Of a stretch of DNA of 64,000 bases, positions 45,620-55,740 are shown in pieces. Position numbers and translations under genes: made by a program. The notes under the pieces are model-generated. The model was not told where the DNA came from. It saw only the letters and a list, made by a program, of their open reading frames with translations, and ran no database searches. The first letter of the stretch is position 1. Each line of letters opens with the position of its first letter. This stretch comes from Polyangiales bacterium (GTDB lineage Bacteria; Myxococcota_A; Polyangia; Polyangiales; Polyangiaceae): NCBI GenBank assembly GCA_038231275.1, contig JBBRLQ010000013.1:32001-96000 (forward strand). The letters are read 5' to 3'.

Positions 45620-48040
45620 TCAGGCCCCCAAAAACCCCGTCGCCGGGGCCGGGCTCTGCGTGCGCGCCTTCGGAGGTTGCTCGAGCGCCGCAGCGAGGAC
45701 CTCGTCCATCCTCGCGACGAAGACGAACTCGAGCTCCTTTTTCACCTCGTCCGGAACGTCGTCGAGATCGTGGCGGTTGCGCTCGGGCACGAGCACCCGC
45801 TTGATCCCGGCGCGGTGTGCGGCCAGCACCTTCTCCTTCAGGCCGCCGATCGGGAGCACCCGGCCGCGCAGCGTGATCTCGCCGGTCATCGCGACGTCGT
45901 GGCGGACGCGGATGCCCGTGTACATCGACACGATCGCCGTGAGGAGTGTGACGCCGGCGCTCGGTCCGTCCTTCGGCATCCCGCCCGCGGGGACGTGGAC
46001 GTGCACGTCGTTCGTCTCGAACAGCTCCGGCGCGATGCCGTACCTCTCTGCGTTCGCGCGGGCGTAGCTCATCGCGGCCTGCGCGCTCTCCTTCATCACG
46101 TCTCCGAGCTGACCGGTCAGGATCAGCTTGCCCTTGCCGGCCATTCGCGTCGCCTCGACGAAGAGGATCTCTCCTCCCACCGGGGTCCACGCGAGGCCGG
46201 TCGCCACGCCCGGGTCTTCGGTGCGCTCGGCGATCTCGCCGCGGAAGCGCGGCTGGCCGAGGATCTGGACGACGTCGTCCTCGGTCGCGACCGACCGCTT
46301 CTCGTACTTGCCCTCGGCGAGCCCCACGACGACCGCGCGAACGATCGCCGCGATCTGGCGCTCGAGCGAGCGCACTCCGGCCTCTCGTGTGAAACCGTCG
46401 ATGATCGATTCGAGCGCGGCGTCCGACACGTCGAACTGCTCGGGGGTGAGGCCGTGCTCGCCGAGCTGCTTCGGGACGAGGTGACGGCGCGCGATCGCGA
46501 GCTTCTCTTTGCGGGTGTAGCCGGGGATCTCGATGATCTCCATGCGGTCCTTCAGCGGGCCAGGGATCGTGTCTCCCTGGTTCGCCGTCGCGACGAACAT
46601 CACGCCGGAGAGATCGTACGGGATCTCGAGGTAGTGATCGGTGAACGTGTCGTTCTGCTCGGGATCGAGCACCTCGAGCAACGCGGACGACGGATCGCCG
46701 CGGTAGTCGCGACCGAGCTTGTCGACCTCGTCGAGCATGAGCACCGGGTTGACGGTGCCGGCCTTCTTCATCGCCTGGATGACCTGGCCTGGGAGCGCGC
46801 CGACGTAGGTGCGCCGATGTCCGCGAATGGCCGCTTCGTCGTGCACGCCGCCGAGGCTCATGCGCTGGAATTTGCGGCCAGTGGCCCGGGCGATGCTGCG
46901 GCCGAGCGACGTCTTGCCGACGCCAGGGGGACCGATGAGGCACAAGATCGGCCCCTTCTTGTCGCTCTTCAGCTTGCGGACGGCGAGGTACTCGAGGATG
47001 CGCTTTTTGACCTTCTCGAGGCCGTAGTGATCGTCGTCCAAGACCTTGCGGACCGCGGAGATCTCGGTCGAATCGACGCTGCTCTCCTTCCACGGCACGT
47101 CGAGGATCCACTCGACGTACGTGCGCACCATGGTGAACTCCGGCGACTGCGCGGACATGCCGCGGAGGCGACGGATCTGCTTTTTGACGACGTCGGCGGC
47201 CTCCGTCGAGAGCTGCTTCTCGGCGGCGCGCTTCTCGAGCTCGTCGACGGCGCTGTCCTCGTCGCCGCCTTCGGGATCGAGCTCGTCCTGGATTGCCTTC
47301 AGCTGCTGGCGGAGCACATGCTCGCGCTGCGTCTTGCCGAGCTCGTCCTTGACCTGCGCGTTGATCTTGTCGCGCATCTTGAAGGCCTCGAGGCGGCGCA
47401 TCACGTAGCGCAGGACCTCCCGCAGGCGTGTCTTGTCCTCGAGCATGCCGAGGAGGGTCGCCTTCTCGTCGGCCGTCGCGTCGACGTAACCGGCCACGAA
47501 ATCCGCGAGGCGGCCGGGCTCCTCGATCGACTCGAAGCGGCCGGCCATCTCGCGCGGCAGACCCGGCAGGAACTTGAGCACCTCGCGCGTCGCGTCCTTC
47601 AAGCTCATCCCGAGGGCTTCGAGCTCGCTGTCTTTGTCGGCCGCGTCCTCGTGCGACGTGGTCACGGTGGTTACCCGCCCCTCGAAGAACGGCGCCTCGC
47701 GGGTGAGCGCTTCCAAACGGATTCGCTCCTTGCCCTCGAGGATCACCGCCCAGGTGCCGTCCTTCTGGCGGGCCGCGCCGACGACGCGGGCGAGGACGCC
47801 GATGGGATGGAGGTCGTCCATCTCCGGCTCATCCTTGCGGCCGTCTCTCTGCGTGAAGACGGCAACCGTGATGTTCGGATTCGAAGAGGCGCGAGCCGCG
47901 ATGTGCTCCGCGAGCGCGACGCTCTTCGCGCGACCGACGTCGAAGGAGACCACGATGCCCGGAAACAGCACCGCGTTGCGGAGGGTGAGGATGGGAGATT
48001 CGAACGTTTGGTTCTTGAGGCTGTTCAGGGGGCTCGTCAT
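45620..48040 (-). CDS. lon: ATP-dependent Lon protease
   Basis: [46 protein letters not shown] catalytic Ser, PIGGLKEK. Confidence 0.97.
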   Translation of the reverse strand: MTSPLNSLKNQTFESPILTLRNAVLFPGIVVSFDVGRAKSVALAEHIAARASSNPNITVAVFTQRDGRKDEPEMDDLHPIGVLARVVGAARQKDGTWAVILEGKERIRLEALTREAPFFEGRVTTVTTSHEDAADKDSELEALGMSLKDATREVLKFLPGLPREMAGRFESIEEPGRLADFVAGYVDATADEKATLLGMLEDKTRLREVLRYVMRRLEAFKMRDKINAQVKDELGKTQREHVLRQQLKAIQDELDPEGGDEDSAVDELEKRAAEKQLSTEAADVVKKQIRRLRGMSAQSPEFTMVRTYVEWILDVPWKESSVDSTEISAVRKVLDDDHYGLEKVKKRILEYLAVRKLKSDKKGPILCLIGPPGVGKTSLGRSIARATGRKFQRMSLGGVHDEAAIRGHRRTYVGALPGQVIQAMKKAGTVNPVLMLDEVDKLGRDYRGDPSSALLEVLDPEQNDTFTDHYLEIPYDLSGVMFVATANQGDTIPGPLKDRMEIIEIPGYTRKEKLAIARRHLVPKQLGEHGLTPEQFDVSDAALESIIDGFTREAGVRSLERQIAAIVRAVVVGLAEGKYEKRSVATEDDVVQILGQPRFRGEIAERTEDPGVATGLAWTPVGGEILFVEATRMAGKGKLILTGQLGDVMKESAQAAMSYARANAERYGIAPELFETNDVHVHVPAGGMPKDGPSAGVTLLTAIVSMYTGIRVRHDVAMTGEITLRGRVLPIGGLKEKVLAAHRAGIKRVLVPERNRHDLDDVPDEVKKELEFVFVARMDEVLAAALEQPPKARTQSPAPATGFLGA

Positions 48041-48066
48041 GGCGTCTTCGTTTGACCGTAAGCACG

Positions 48067-48082
48067 GGCAAAAACTTCGCCA
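48067..48082 (-). promoter_or_regulatory. Candidate sigma54 promoter of lon
   Basis: Minus strand TGGCGAA-GTTT-TTGCC, GG-N10-GC, 27 bp upstream of ATG. Confidence 0.5.
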
Positions 48083-48133
48083 CTGTCTTGGATCCGACAG
48101 GCGTATTCTGAGTGGAGAATCGAGGGCTCATCC

Positions 48134-48835
48134 ATGCACGAAATCGTGATGCGCGCGCCGGGCAAGAACGCGCTGTCGACTGCGCTCATGTCGTGGTTCG
48201 TCACCGAGCTCGAAGCGGCGGCCGGGCAGCCGGTGCTCATCCGTGGCTCCGACGGCGCGTTCAGCGCGGGGCTCAACCTGAAGGAGATCTCGAGCCTCGA
48301 CGAGGACGGGATGGAGCGGTTCCTGAACGCGCTCGAAGAGATGCTCGACGCGCTCTACACCTACCCAGGGCCGACCGTCGCGTGCATCGACGGCCACGCG
48401 ATTGCAGGAGGCTGCGTCGTCGCCCTCGCGTGCGATCTTCGCATCGTCGCAGCGAATCCCGAGCTGCGCATCGGCCTGAACGAAACGGCGATCGGGCTGC
48501 GCTTCCCGCCCAAGGCCTTCGCGATCGTGAAGCAGCGCCTGGCGCCCCACGTGCTCGAGCGCGTCGTCCTCGGCGCCGGGCTCCATCCGCCGGAGCAGGC
48601 GCTCGCGCTCGGCCTCGTCGACGAGATCGCGTTCGACGTCGAGGCCGCCGCGCGAACGCACCTGTCGCGCCTCGCCGCCTACCCGCGCGAGGCCTACGCG
48701 CGAAACAAGGAGGCGCTCCGTGCAGGCGTCATGGACGTGAACGACGACGACGCACGACGCTTCCGCGAAGAAGTCGTTCCGCTCTGGAGCTCGCGCGAGA
48801 CGAAGGACCGGCTCCTCTCGCTCCTCAAGAAGTAG
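48134..48835 (+). CDS. Enoyl-CoA hydratase/isomerase family protein
   Basis: KNAL, FSAGLNL, I.GHAIAGG...ALACD.R, GL.E..IG. Confidence 0.9.
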   Translation: MHEIVMRAPGKNALSTALMSWFVTELEAAAGQPVLIRGSDGAFSAGLNLKEISSLDEDGMERFLNALEEMLDALYTYPGPTVACIDGHAIAGGCVVALACDLRIVAANPELRIGLNETAIGLRFPPKAFAIVKQRLAPHVLERVVLGAGLHPPEQALALGLVDEIAFDVEAAARTHLSRLAAYPREAYARNKEALRAGVMDVNDDDARRFREEVVPLWSSRETKDRLLSLLKK

Positions 48836-48849
48836 GACACGCTCGCCTC

Positions 48850-50016
48850 GTGAAGAATCGCGTCGTCCTCATCGTCTTCTTGACGATCTTCCTCGATCTC
48901 ATCGGCTTCGGGATCATCATCCCGATGCTGCCGCTCTACGTGAAGTCGATGGGCGGATCGGCGCAGGTCGTGGGCTTCATCTTGTCGGTCTTCTCGTTCA
49001 CCCAGCTCCTCGCGACTCCTCTACTAGGGAAGCTCTCCGATCGCCTGGGGCGGCGGCCCGTCATCCTCGTGTCCTTGGCCGGCAACGCGGCGTCGATGGT
49101 GATCTTCGCGGTGGCGACCGAGGCGCGGCTCCTTCCTCTCCTCTTCATCTCGCGGATCATCGCGGGCGCGACTGCGGGGAACATCGCGGCGTGCCAGGCG
49201 GCGGTGGCGGACGTGACGGAAGGCGAGGAGCGCGCGAAGGGGATGGGGCGCGTCGGGGCGGCGATCGGCCTCGGGATGGTGATGGGGCCCGCGGTGGGTA
49301 GCGCGCTGGCGATCGTCGGACCGTGGGGACCACCGATGGGGGCCGCGGCGCTGGCGCTCGCCGATCTCGTCGCCGCGTTTTTCTGGATGCCGGAGACCCG
49401 CAAGATCGCGCCGAAGGCCGCGGATCCGAAAGCGGCCAACGGAGCGAGCCTTGGAACGCTCCTCGGCGACCCGAAGATCCTCACCGTGTTCACGCTCTAC
49501 TTCCTCATGTTCCTCGCGATGACCAACATGCAGGTGGCGCTGGCGCTCCTCGCCAAGGAGCGGTTCGGGTGGGGAGCGAAAGAGGTCGGCGCCGGCTTCT
49601 CCGCATTCGGAGCGATCTCGCTCGTCATCCAAGGGCTCCTCATCGGGCGCCTCGTTCGCATGTTCTCGCCCATCGGCATCGCAGTCGCGGGAGGGCTCAC
49701 GATGGCGGCGGGGCTCCTCCTCGTCGCGTTCTCGGGGAGCCAGACGATGCTCGTCGCCGGCATCATGGGGATCGCGATCGGGATGGGAGTGAACGGGCCG
49801 GTCTTCTCGACGATGGCGTCCGATCTCGCGGGAGAAGGGCGACGCGGCGCGGTGCTCGGCTTCGCGCAGTCGTCGGGAGGGCTCGCGCGCACGGTTGGCC
49901 CGGCGCTGTCCGGGTTCCTCTTCACGACGTTCAGCTCGGGGGCGCCGTTCCTGAGCGGGGCGCTCGCGGCGACGTTCCTGGCGGGGCTCGCGCTCACGCT
50001 TCGCAAGCCGGGGTAA
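48850..50016 (+). CDS. MFS transporter (TetA/DHA1-like)
   Basis: D.IGFGIIIP.LP, G.LSDR.GRRP, R...G...G, G...GP..G; 12 TM pattern. Confidence 0.92.
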   Translation: MKNRVVLIVFLTIFLDLIGFGIIIPMLPLYVKSMGGSAQVVGFILSVFSFTQLLATPLLGKLSDRLGRRPVILVSLAGNAASMVIFAVATEARLLPLLFISRIIAGATAGNIAACQAAVADVTEGEERAKGMGRVGAAIGLGMVMGPAVGSALAIVGPWGPPMGAAALALADLVAAFFWMPETRKIAPKAADPKAANGASLGTLLGDPKILTVFTLYFLMFLAMTNMQVALALLAKERFGWGAKEVGAGFSAFGAISLVIQGLLIGRLVRMFSPIGIAVAGGLTMAAGLLLVAFSGSQTMLVAGIMGIAIGMGVNGPVFSTMASDLAGEGRRGAVLGFAQSSGGLARTVGPALSGFLFTTFSSGAPFLSGALAATFLAGLALTLRKPG

Positions 50017-50057
50017 GCTATGGTGCGTCAGCCGTGCACAAGGAGCCCAACTCCAGC

Positions 50058-51860
50058 ATGAAGGTCCGCCCCGAGGTGCAGCTCCTCGGGCGCCACCACG
50101 TGCTGAGCGTCCTCTCGGAGGACGAGCTGGGGACCGTGAACCTCGCGCGCCTGGAGGGGCCGAGCGGCTTCCAGCGTTGGGTCGCGCTGCGCATCGTCAA
50201 CCGCGAGCTCGCCAAGAACCCGAAGTTCAAGGACGCGTTCTACAACGCAGCGCGCCTCGCCGCGCAGGTGAGCCACGCGAACGTGGCGAGCACGCTGGAG
50301 GTCGGCGAGACGAACGGCAACCTGTGGCTCGCGATGGAGTACCTGCACGGCGAGCCGCTCGGCGACGTCATGCAGCGCGCCCGCGAGTACGAGATGCCGC
50401 TCCCGTGGGACATCGCGTGCCGCATCGCGAGCGACATCGCGCTGGGCGTCGACGCGTTCCACGAGGTGCGCAAGCCCGGCGGCGAGCGGATCTCGATCGC
50501 GCACGGTCGCCTCGCGCCTCACCAAATCGTCGTGACGTACGACGGCAAGACGAAGGTCCTCGGCGTGCCCGTCGGCGCCGCGGATCTTCCCTCGTACGGC
50601 ACCGACGCGCTGCGTGAGCTCCCGTACCTCGCGCCCGAGTTGGAGGGGGGCGGCCCGCCGAACGCACGCTCGGACATCTACGCCGTCGGCGTGCTCCTCT
50701 GGGAGCTCGTGAGCGGTCGCTCGCTCTTCGCCGGAGTGAGCGACGCCGAGACGCGCGCGAAGATCCGCGCACACGTGATACCCGCGCTGAAGCCGATGAG
50801 TCTGGGCTGCCCAGAGCGCATCGACAAGATCGTGCAGCGCGCGACCGCGGTGGACGAGAAGAAGCGCTTCGCGACGGCGCGCGAGCTGGGGCAGGCGCTG
50901 CAGGCGGCGCTGGTGTCGGAGGCGCTCGTCGTGACCGACGACGACGTGGGCCGCTATGTCCTCAAGCTGTTCGGAGACACGTTCGAGGAGCGCGAGGATC
51001 GGCTGCGCTCGGCGTCGGAGGTGACCGAGGTCTTCCGACGCTCGTCGCACCCGCCACCGGGTCCCGATCCGGACGCGACGATTCCGATCAGCGAAGCGCA
51101 GCCGCATACGGTGCGGATGTCGAACATTCCGCACGTGCCGCCGACGTACACGCCGATGCCGGTCCCGATCGCGCGGCCGGTGAACGATCTCGCGGAGACG
51201 CAGATTCGTCCGCCCGGGCCGCCGGCGCCGACGGTGATCATTCGCCCGACGCCCACGCCGCCCCCGGGACGGCCGCCGGCGCCGTCGTCGTCGTTCGCCT
51301 CGTACACGCCGCCGACGGTGCGCAACGCGCGGCGAAAGAGCGCGCTTCCGTACGTGGTGGTGGGCGGTACGGCGCTCGTCGTCGCGGTGACGCTGGCGGG
51401 CGTCTATCGCATGCGGGTCCGCGCTCCGCTTCCCCCGGCGAGCACGACCACGACCGCGACCCCGACACCGACCCCGACCCCGACCCCGACTCCGACGCCG
51501 ACGCCGACCCCGACTCCGACTCCGACTCCGATTCCGACTCCGACTCCGACTCCGACCCCGACCCCGACTCCGACTTCCGATCCGACTCCGACGCCGAAGC
51601 CGAGCACTCGTCCTCCGCGTCCTCCCAGGCCGCCGCCGCCTTCCGGCGCGACGGGGCTTCTCACCGTGATCTGTTTGCCCGCGTGCGATCAGGTGTTCGA
51701 CGGTGGGCGCGCGCTGGGGCCGTCGCCGATCTTGAAGGCCACCGTCTCGGCGGGGTCGCATCGGCTTCGGTTGAAGTTGAACGATCCGCCGACGGAAAAA
51801 ATCGTGGTCGTCGAGGTCGCGGAGGACGACACCAAGGTCGTTCGGCAATCGATGGAGTAG
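50058..51860 (+). CDS. Transmembrane Ser/Thr kinase-like protein (predicted pseudokinase) with PEGA-like C-terminus
   Basis: Kinase fold (H.NV, MEY..G, YLAPE, SDIYAVG..LWE) but Gly loop, VAIK Lys, HRD and DFG are all replaced. Confidence 0.85.
   Translation: MKVRPEVQLLGRHHVLSVLSEDELGTVNLARLEGPSGFQRWVALRIVNRELAKNPKFKDAFYNAARLAAQVSHANVASTLEVGETNGNLWLAMEYLHGEPLGDVMQRAREYEMPLPWDIACRIASDIALGVDAFHEVRKPGGERISIAHGRLAPHQIVVTYDGKTKVLGVPVGAADLPSYGTDALRELPYLAPELEGGGPPNARSDIYAVGVLLWELVSGRSLFAGVSDAETRAKIRAHVIPALKPMSLGCPERIDKIVQRATAVDEKKRFATARELGQALQAALVSEALVVTDDDVGRYVLKLFGDTFEEREDRLRSASEVTEVFRRSSHPPPGPDPDATIPISEAQPHTVRMSNIPHVPPTYTPMPVPIARPVNDLAETQIRPPGPPAPTVIIRPTPTPPPGRPPAPSSSFASYTPPTVRNARRKSALPYVVVGGTALVVAVTLAGVYRMRVRAPLPPASTTTTATPTPTPTPTPTPTPTPTPTPTPTPIPTPTPTPTPTPTPTSDPTPTPKPSTRPPRPPRPPPPSGATGLLTVICLPACDQVFDGGRALGPSPILKATVSAGSHRLRLKLNDPPTEKIVVVEVAEDDTKVVRQSME
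51459..51596 (+). repeat. Thr-Pro hexanucleotide tandem repeat (coding)
   Basis: ACNCCG array in the extracytoplasmic linker of the pseudokinase. Confidence 0.9.
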
Positions 51861-51923
51861 CGCGGAAGAAGTCGGCCGGCGACCCTTGCAGCCTGCGGGC
51901 GGGCGTGACTACGTGCGCGCTCG

Positions 51924-52565
51924 ATGACCTCCACGAAGATCGACGCCACGCTGCGCGCCCTCGAACAGTCCCACGCCGACGATCCGGAGCGCGCGGAGCT
52001 GCTGCGGCGAGCGCGGGCCTTCAAATCGAGCTGGATCGAGCTCGCGCAGGGGCTGACCGAGGCGCGCAAGAACGGGCGCTGGAAGAGCTGGGGGTACGAG
52101 TCGTTCGAGGATTACACGCGACTCGAGCTGCACCTGCGGCAAGAGACGGTCGACAAGCTGACCGGCTCGTACTCGTTCCTCCAAAGGCGCGCGCCGGCGG
52201 TGCTCGATCGCGACGGTGTGGGGGCGCCGCTCCCGAGCTACCAGTCGATCGATTTCTTGCGCCGTGCGGAGGAGCGGCCCGATGCGCCGCGCGAGGCGGT
52301 CGAGGAGATCCGCCGCAAGGTGCTCGACGAGGCGATGCCGATCATGCAGGTCGCGCGCGAGTTCAAGGACGTCGTCTTCCCGATCGACGAGAAGACGAAG
52401 AAGAAGCAAGACGCCGCGGGGCTGAAGAACGTGGCGAAGCGCCTGCGCGAGCTGCTCGCCGAGACGCGCGCGGTGCCGCGGCGAATGGCCGGTGAGGTGA
52501 GCGAGTCGCTCGACAAGCTCCTCGCGGCGCTCGGGGCCGAGGGAAGCGAAGAAGAGGCCGCGTAG
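51924..52565 (+). CDS. Hypothetical helical protein, possibly DNA-binding
   Basis: FK.SW.EL...L.......W..WGY.SFE.Y...EL motif; coherent ORF. Confidence 0.75.
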   Translation: MTSTKIDATLRALEQSHADDPERAELLRRARAFKSSWIELAQGLTEARKNGRWKSWGYESFEDYTRLELHLRQETVDKLTGSYSFLQRRAPAVLDRDGVGAPLPSYQSIDFLRRAEERPDAPREAVEEIRRKVLDEAMPIMQVAREFKDVVFPIDEKTKKKQDAAGLKNVAKRLRELLAETRAVPRRMAGEVSESLDKLLAALGAEGSEEEAA

Positions 52566-52598
52566 CCGCCGCCGGAGTGGGTGGTAAGCTGCACGATC

Positions 52599-53252
52599 GT
52601 GGCGAACCGAACCGTCGATACGCTCCGCCGAGGCGCGCGCATCCACAGCCTGCTGTATGCGGCCCACCTCTCCAAGAACCCTGATCGCAAATACGACGTG
52701 ACGTGGGAGGGGCACCACTACCGGCGCAGTGACGTCTCGGGCGCGCGCGGCACGGTGACCTTCTCGAAGCACGGCGTGGTCGCCGTTTTCTTCGATCCGA
52801 GGAGCCCGCGCGCGCCTGCGCCGGGGAAGAAGCAGAAGAAGCTCGAGGAGCATTTCGTCGGCATTCCCGCGGCGCTGCTCACGCTCGCGAAGAGAGAGAC
52901 ACTGGCGACGATGGACGACGGCGTCGGGCCGGTGGTGACCGCGGCGATCTGGAGCACGCCGGAGGGGGAGCTCGTTGGGGCGCGCCCGTGGCCGCGCCTC
53001 GCGGAGGACGGCGCGCACCTCGTCGAGCTGGAGCTCGGCAAGCCGGACGCGTCGATCGCGGCGTGGGCCGAGCGCTACGCCCTCGCGGAGGACCAGATCG
53101 CCGCGACGCGCGAGACCTTCCCGACGAAAGGGAGCGTGCCGCCGAGCAACGCGAAGGTGACCCTCTCCGACGGCGCGCGCGCGGCGCTGCGAATTCTGCC
53201 GAACCAGGCCACGCGCGAGCTCCTCGAAGGCGCGCAGGTCTTGCTCGGCTGA
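52599..53252 (+). CDS. Hypothetical protein
   Basis: Coherent ORF between same-strand genes; start 52581 or 52599. Confidence 0.65.
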   Translation: MANRTVDTLRRGARIHSLLYAAHLSKNPDRKYDVTWEGHHYRRSDVSGARGTVTFSKHGVVAVFFDPRSPRAPAPGKKQKKLEEHFVGIPAALLTLAKRETLATMDDGVGPVVTAAIWSTPEGELVGARPWPRLAEDGAHLVELELGKPDASIAAWAERYALAEDQIAATRETFPTKGSVPPSNAKVTLSDGARAALRILPNQATRELLEGAQVLLG

Positions 53253-53259
53253 CGCGAGC

Positions 53260-54198
53260 ATGACGACGCCTCGCCAGGCTCGTGACGGTCGCCACGTGAC
53301 CGTCGACGCGTTCTTCGACGGCGGACGCGACATGCGCCGCGCGATCGATCGGAGGTTGTCGGATCGCTCGTCGCCCTTCGATCCAGGGCGGTTCGTGTGG
53401 GAGGCGTGGCACGTCGACGGGCAGTTCTCGCAGCTCCGTACGCCGGCGCGGGCGTTCTTTCCGGCGGCGCTCATCGCGGCGTTCGAGGCGCGCCTCCTAC
53501 GCTGGGCGGGCGCGGCGTACGGCGTCTCGCGATTTGGCGGGCCGCCGTGGCTCAGCGTGATCACCGACGGCGGGTTCCAGAGCCTTCACCGCGACGGACC
53601 GAACGGGCAAATCGCGTTCACGTTCGCGCTCGGACGACGCGGCGCATTCCGAGGAGGCGAGACGCTCATCGCGCGCGACGAGCTGCTCGACTATTTTCGC
53701 ACCGGCAGCCATCGTCCCGCGGTCGCGCACACGCCGCTCTTCGACGAGATCTCCCCACGGCCGAACCGGCTCATCGCGTTCGACAGCCGCATCCCGCACG
53801 CCGTGCGTACGGTCGAGGGTCCGCGCCACGCCCGCGACGGACGCATCGCGCTGCAAGGGTGGCTGGAAGCGGCGGGATGCGTCGTCGAAGGACGTCTCGC
53901 GCACGGCGAGGTGGACGACGCCGTCGGTGCCAACGTGAAGCGATTGGCGCCGCGCGCGCTCCGTGGCGCCGAGGGGCTCGTGGCGGTGCGCGTCGAGGTG
54001 CAGACAAACGGCTGCGCACGGACCGCGGAGATCCGCGCGAGCACGCTGGTCCCGACGGGACCCGACGCGCGCGCACCGGAGCGCGCCGCCCTCGCGATCG
54101 CCGCCGCCGTCGCGAAGACCCGCTTCCCAAAGGGCCCCGCGCGCATCACCGTGCCCGTCCTCGTCGGCGGATCCCGCGCGCGCGTTCCCTCCGCGTAG
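53260..54198 (+). CDS. 2OG-Fe(II) oxygenase family protein
   Basis: H-x-D (LHRD), F.GGE, P..NRL..FD...PH.V..V, R..L.GW. Confidence 0.85.
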   Translation: MTTPRQARDGRHVTVDAFFDGGRDMRRAIDRRLSDRSSPFDPGRFVWEAWHVDGQFSQLRTPARAFFPAALIAAFEARLLRWAGAAYGVSRFGGPPWLSVITDGGFQSLHRDGPNGQIAFTFALGRRGAFRGGETLIARDELLDYFRTGSHRPAVAHTPLFDEISPRPNRLIAFDSRIPHAVRTVEGPRHARDGRIALQGWLEAAGCVVEGRLAHGEVDDAVGANVKRLAPRALRGAEGLVAVRVEVQTNGCARTAEIRASTLVPTGPDARAPERAALAIAAAVAKTRFPKGPARITVPVLVGGSRARVPSA

Positions 54199-54201
54199 GG
54201 G

Positions 54202-55740
54202 CTACAGGCCGGCGACGTCCTTGTGGCGCTTCAGGACGTAGCGCATCTTCACAAGCGCGCGGCCGTGCGGCGGGAGCTTGAGCTGCCAACGGACGAAGCC
54301 GTCCTCGTCGGGCTTGGGCGCGTCGGTCGTCTCTTTGGGATCGAGTGCAATCTGCACCTTTTCGAGCTCGGACACCGGGATCGCCTCGGAGACCGCGATC
54401 GTGCGCGGACGATCGTCGAGGCTCGAGACGTGGAGGGTGACGCGGTATACGCGCGTGATCCAGCTCGAGAGCGCGCCCGGCTCCTCTTCGTTCTCTTCGA
54501 CGACGCGCCGCGCGCGGACGCCGGGATCGGGACCCCAGCCCAGCTCGAAGCGCTCGCTCGGCGCGACGAACAGAACCTGGGTTCGCCCGACGAGGCCGCT
54601 CTCCTCGACGAGATCGACGGGACCAGCGAGGATCGGGGCGCCGCCCGCGTTGGTCTGCGTCGTCTTGCGAATCGCGAGCGCCGCCAGCTGCGGGCACATG
54701 ACGAGCTCGCTCGCGGCGTCGGTCTCGAAGACCGAGAGGGGCACGCGGTGAGGTTTCCCGTCGGTCTCGATCGTCGCGCGCGCGGCGCCGCGCACGACGC
54801 GGGGTTGACCGCCGTCGTCGATGCCCGGGACGACACGAGACGCGGCGGAACCCTCCTGCCCCAGCCCGGCGGTGTGAATCTCCTCGTGGCGCGTCTCCAC
54901 CACGAGCGTCTCCTGCTTTTTCTGCGAAGCGAGGCGATCGGCGGCGAGGAGCGGCGGCTCGCGGCCGAGCGACGGGCGCTCGGTCGAGAACGCGACGTCG
55001 GCGTCGGTCCAGGCTTCTCCGGTGTTCTGCCAAACGCACGCGTCGGTCGCGAAGCGGACCTTCCCGGCGTGCAGGCGCGCCGTGTGCGCGGGGCGCCAGC
55101 ACGCGCCCGGGACGATGTAGTCGACACGCAGCTCGGTCTTCTGCGCGGCGGCGCACGACAGGACGATCACGATTCGGGCGCTCTCGCGCGTGGCCGTCGT
55201 CTCACGGACGTCGCGGCGGCGGCGGAGGCGGGCGAGCTCCTCGGTGATGCGCCGGTGCTGCTCGGCGATCTGGAGAAAGCTCGCGCGCTTCTCCTTCTCT
55301 TCGGTCTCCAGCTCCAAGAGGCGCGCGCGCGTCGCGGAGACGCTGAGCACGCCCCACGACGTGTCGACCGCGGCGTCGGAGACGAGCTGCGCGATGACCG
55401 AGTCGAGGCCGGCGAGCTCGACCTCCATGCGTTTGCGCGCACGCGCGACGTCGCGCTCGTCCTGGGCGCGCTCGTCGATCTGCGCGTCGAGGGTGGCGAC
55501 ATCGACCGGGCGCTCCCTTTCGGTATGGATCGCGCGTCGCTCGACGCGGACCGCGCCGACCGTGATGCCCGCGTCGACCGCGACCTTGAGCGTCTTGTCG
55601 ACGAGCACCGTCGCGACCTCCTCGATCACGATCTCGTTCACGCCGGCGGCGAGCTGCACGTCGCCGCGCCGGACCACGTGCGCGCGATCCTCGCTCACCG
55701 TCACCACGTCGACCTTGGCGGTCACCGGGATCATGCTCAT
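54202..55740 (-). CDS. DUF4139/DUF4140 (MuiA-like) family protein
   Basis: V.V..DRA.V.R, coiled coil, Y.V..A.W.P, V.QNTGE.W....ST..P, E.IPVS. Confidence 0.85.
   Translation of the reverse strand: MSMIPVTAKVDVVTVSEDRAHVVRRGDVQLAAGVNEIVIEEVATVLVDKTLKVAVDAGITVGAVRVERRAIHTERERPVDVATLDAQIDERAQDERDVARARKRMEVELAGLDSVIAQLVSDAAVDTSWGVLSVSATRARLLELETEEKEKRASFLQIAEQHRRITEELARLRRRRDVRETTATRESARIVIVLSCAAAQKTELRVDYIVPGACWRPAHTARLHAGKVRFATDACVWQNTGEAWTDADVAFSTERPSLGREPPLLAADRLASQKKQETLVVETRHEEIHTAGLGQEGSAASRVVPGIDDGGQPRVVRGAARATIETDGKPHRVPLSVFETDAASELVMCPQLAALAIRKTTQTNAGGAPILAGPVDLVEESGLVGRTQVLFVAPSERFELGWGPDPGVRARRVVEENEEEPGALSSWITRVYRVTLHVSSLDDRPRTIAVSEAIPVSELEKVQIALDPKETTDAPKPDEDGFVRWQLKLPPHGRALVKMRYVLKRHKDVAGL

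Noticed and set aside
45677..48055. 792-aa ORF antisense to lon, and similar long shadow ORFs (e.g. 4809-7436 minus, 50028-51848 minus, 57133-59757 plus)
   Set aside because: Expected in high-GC DNA with strong codon bias; they have no motifs and overlap well-supported genes
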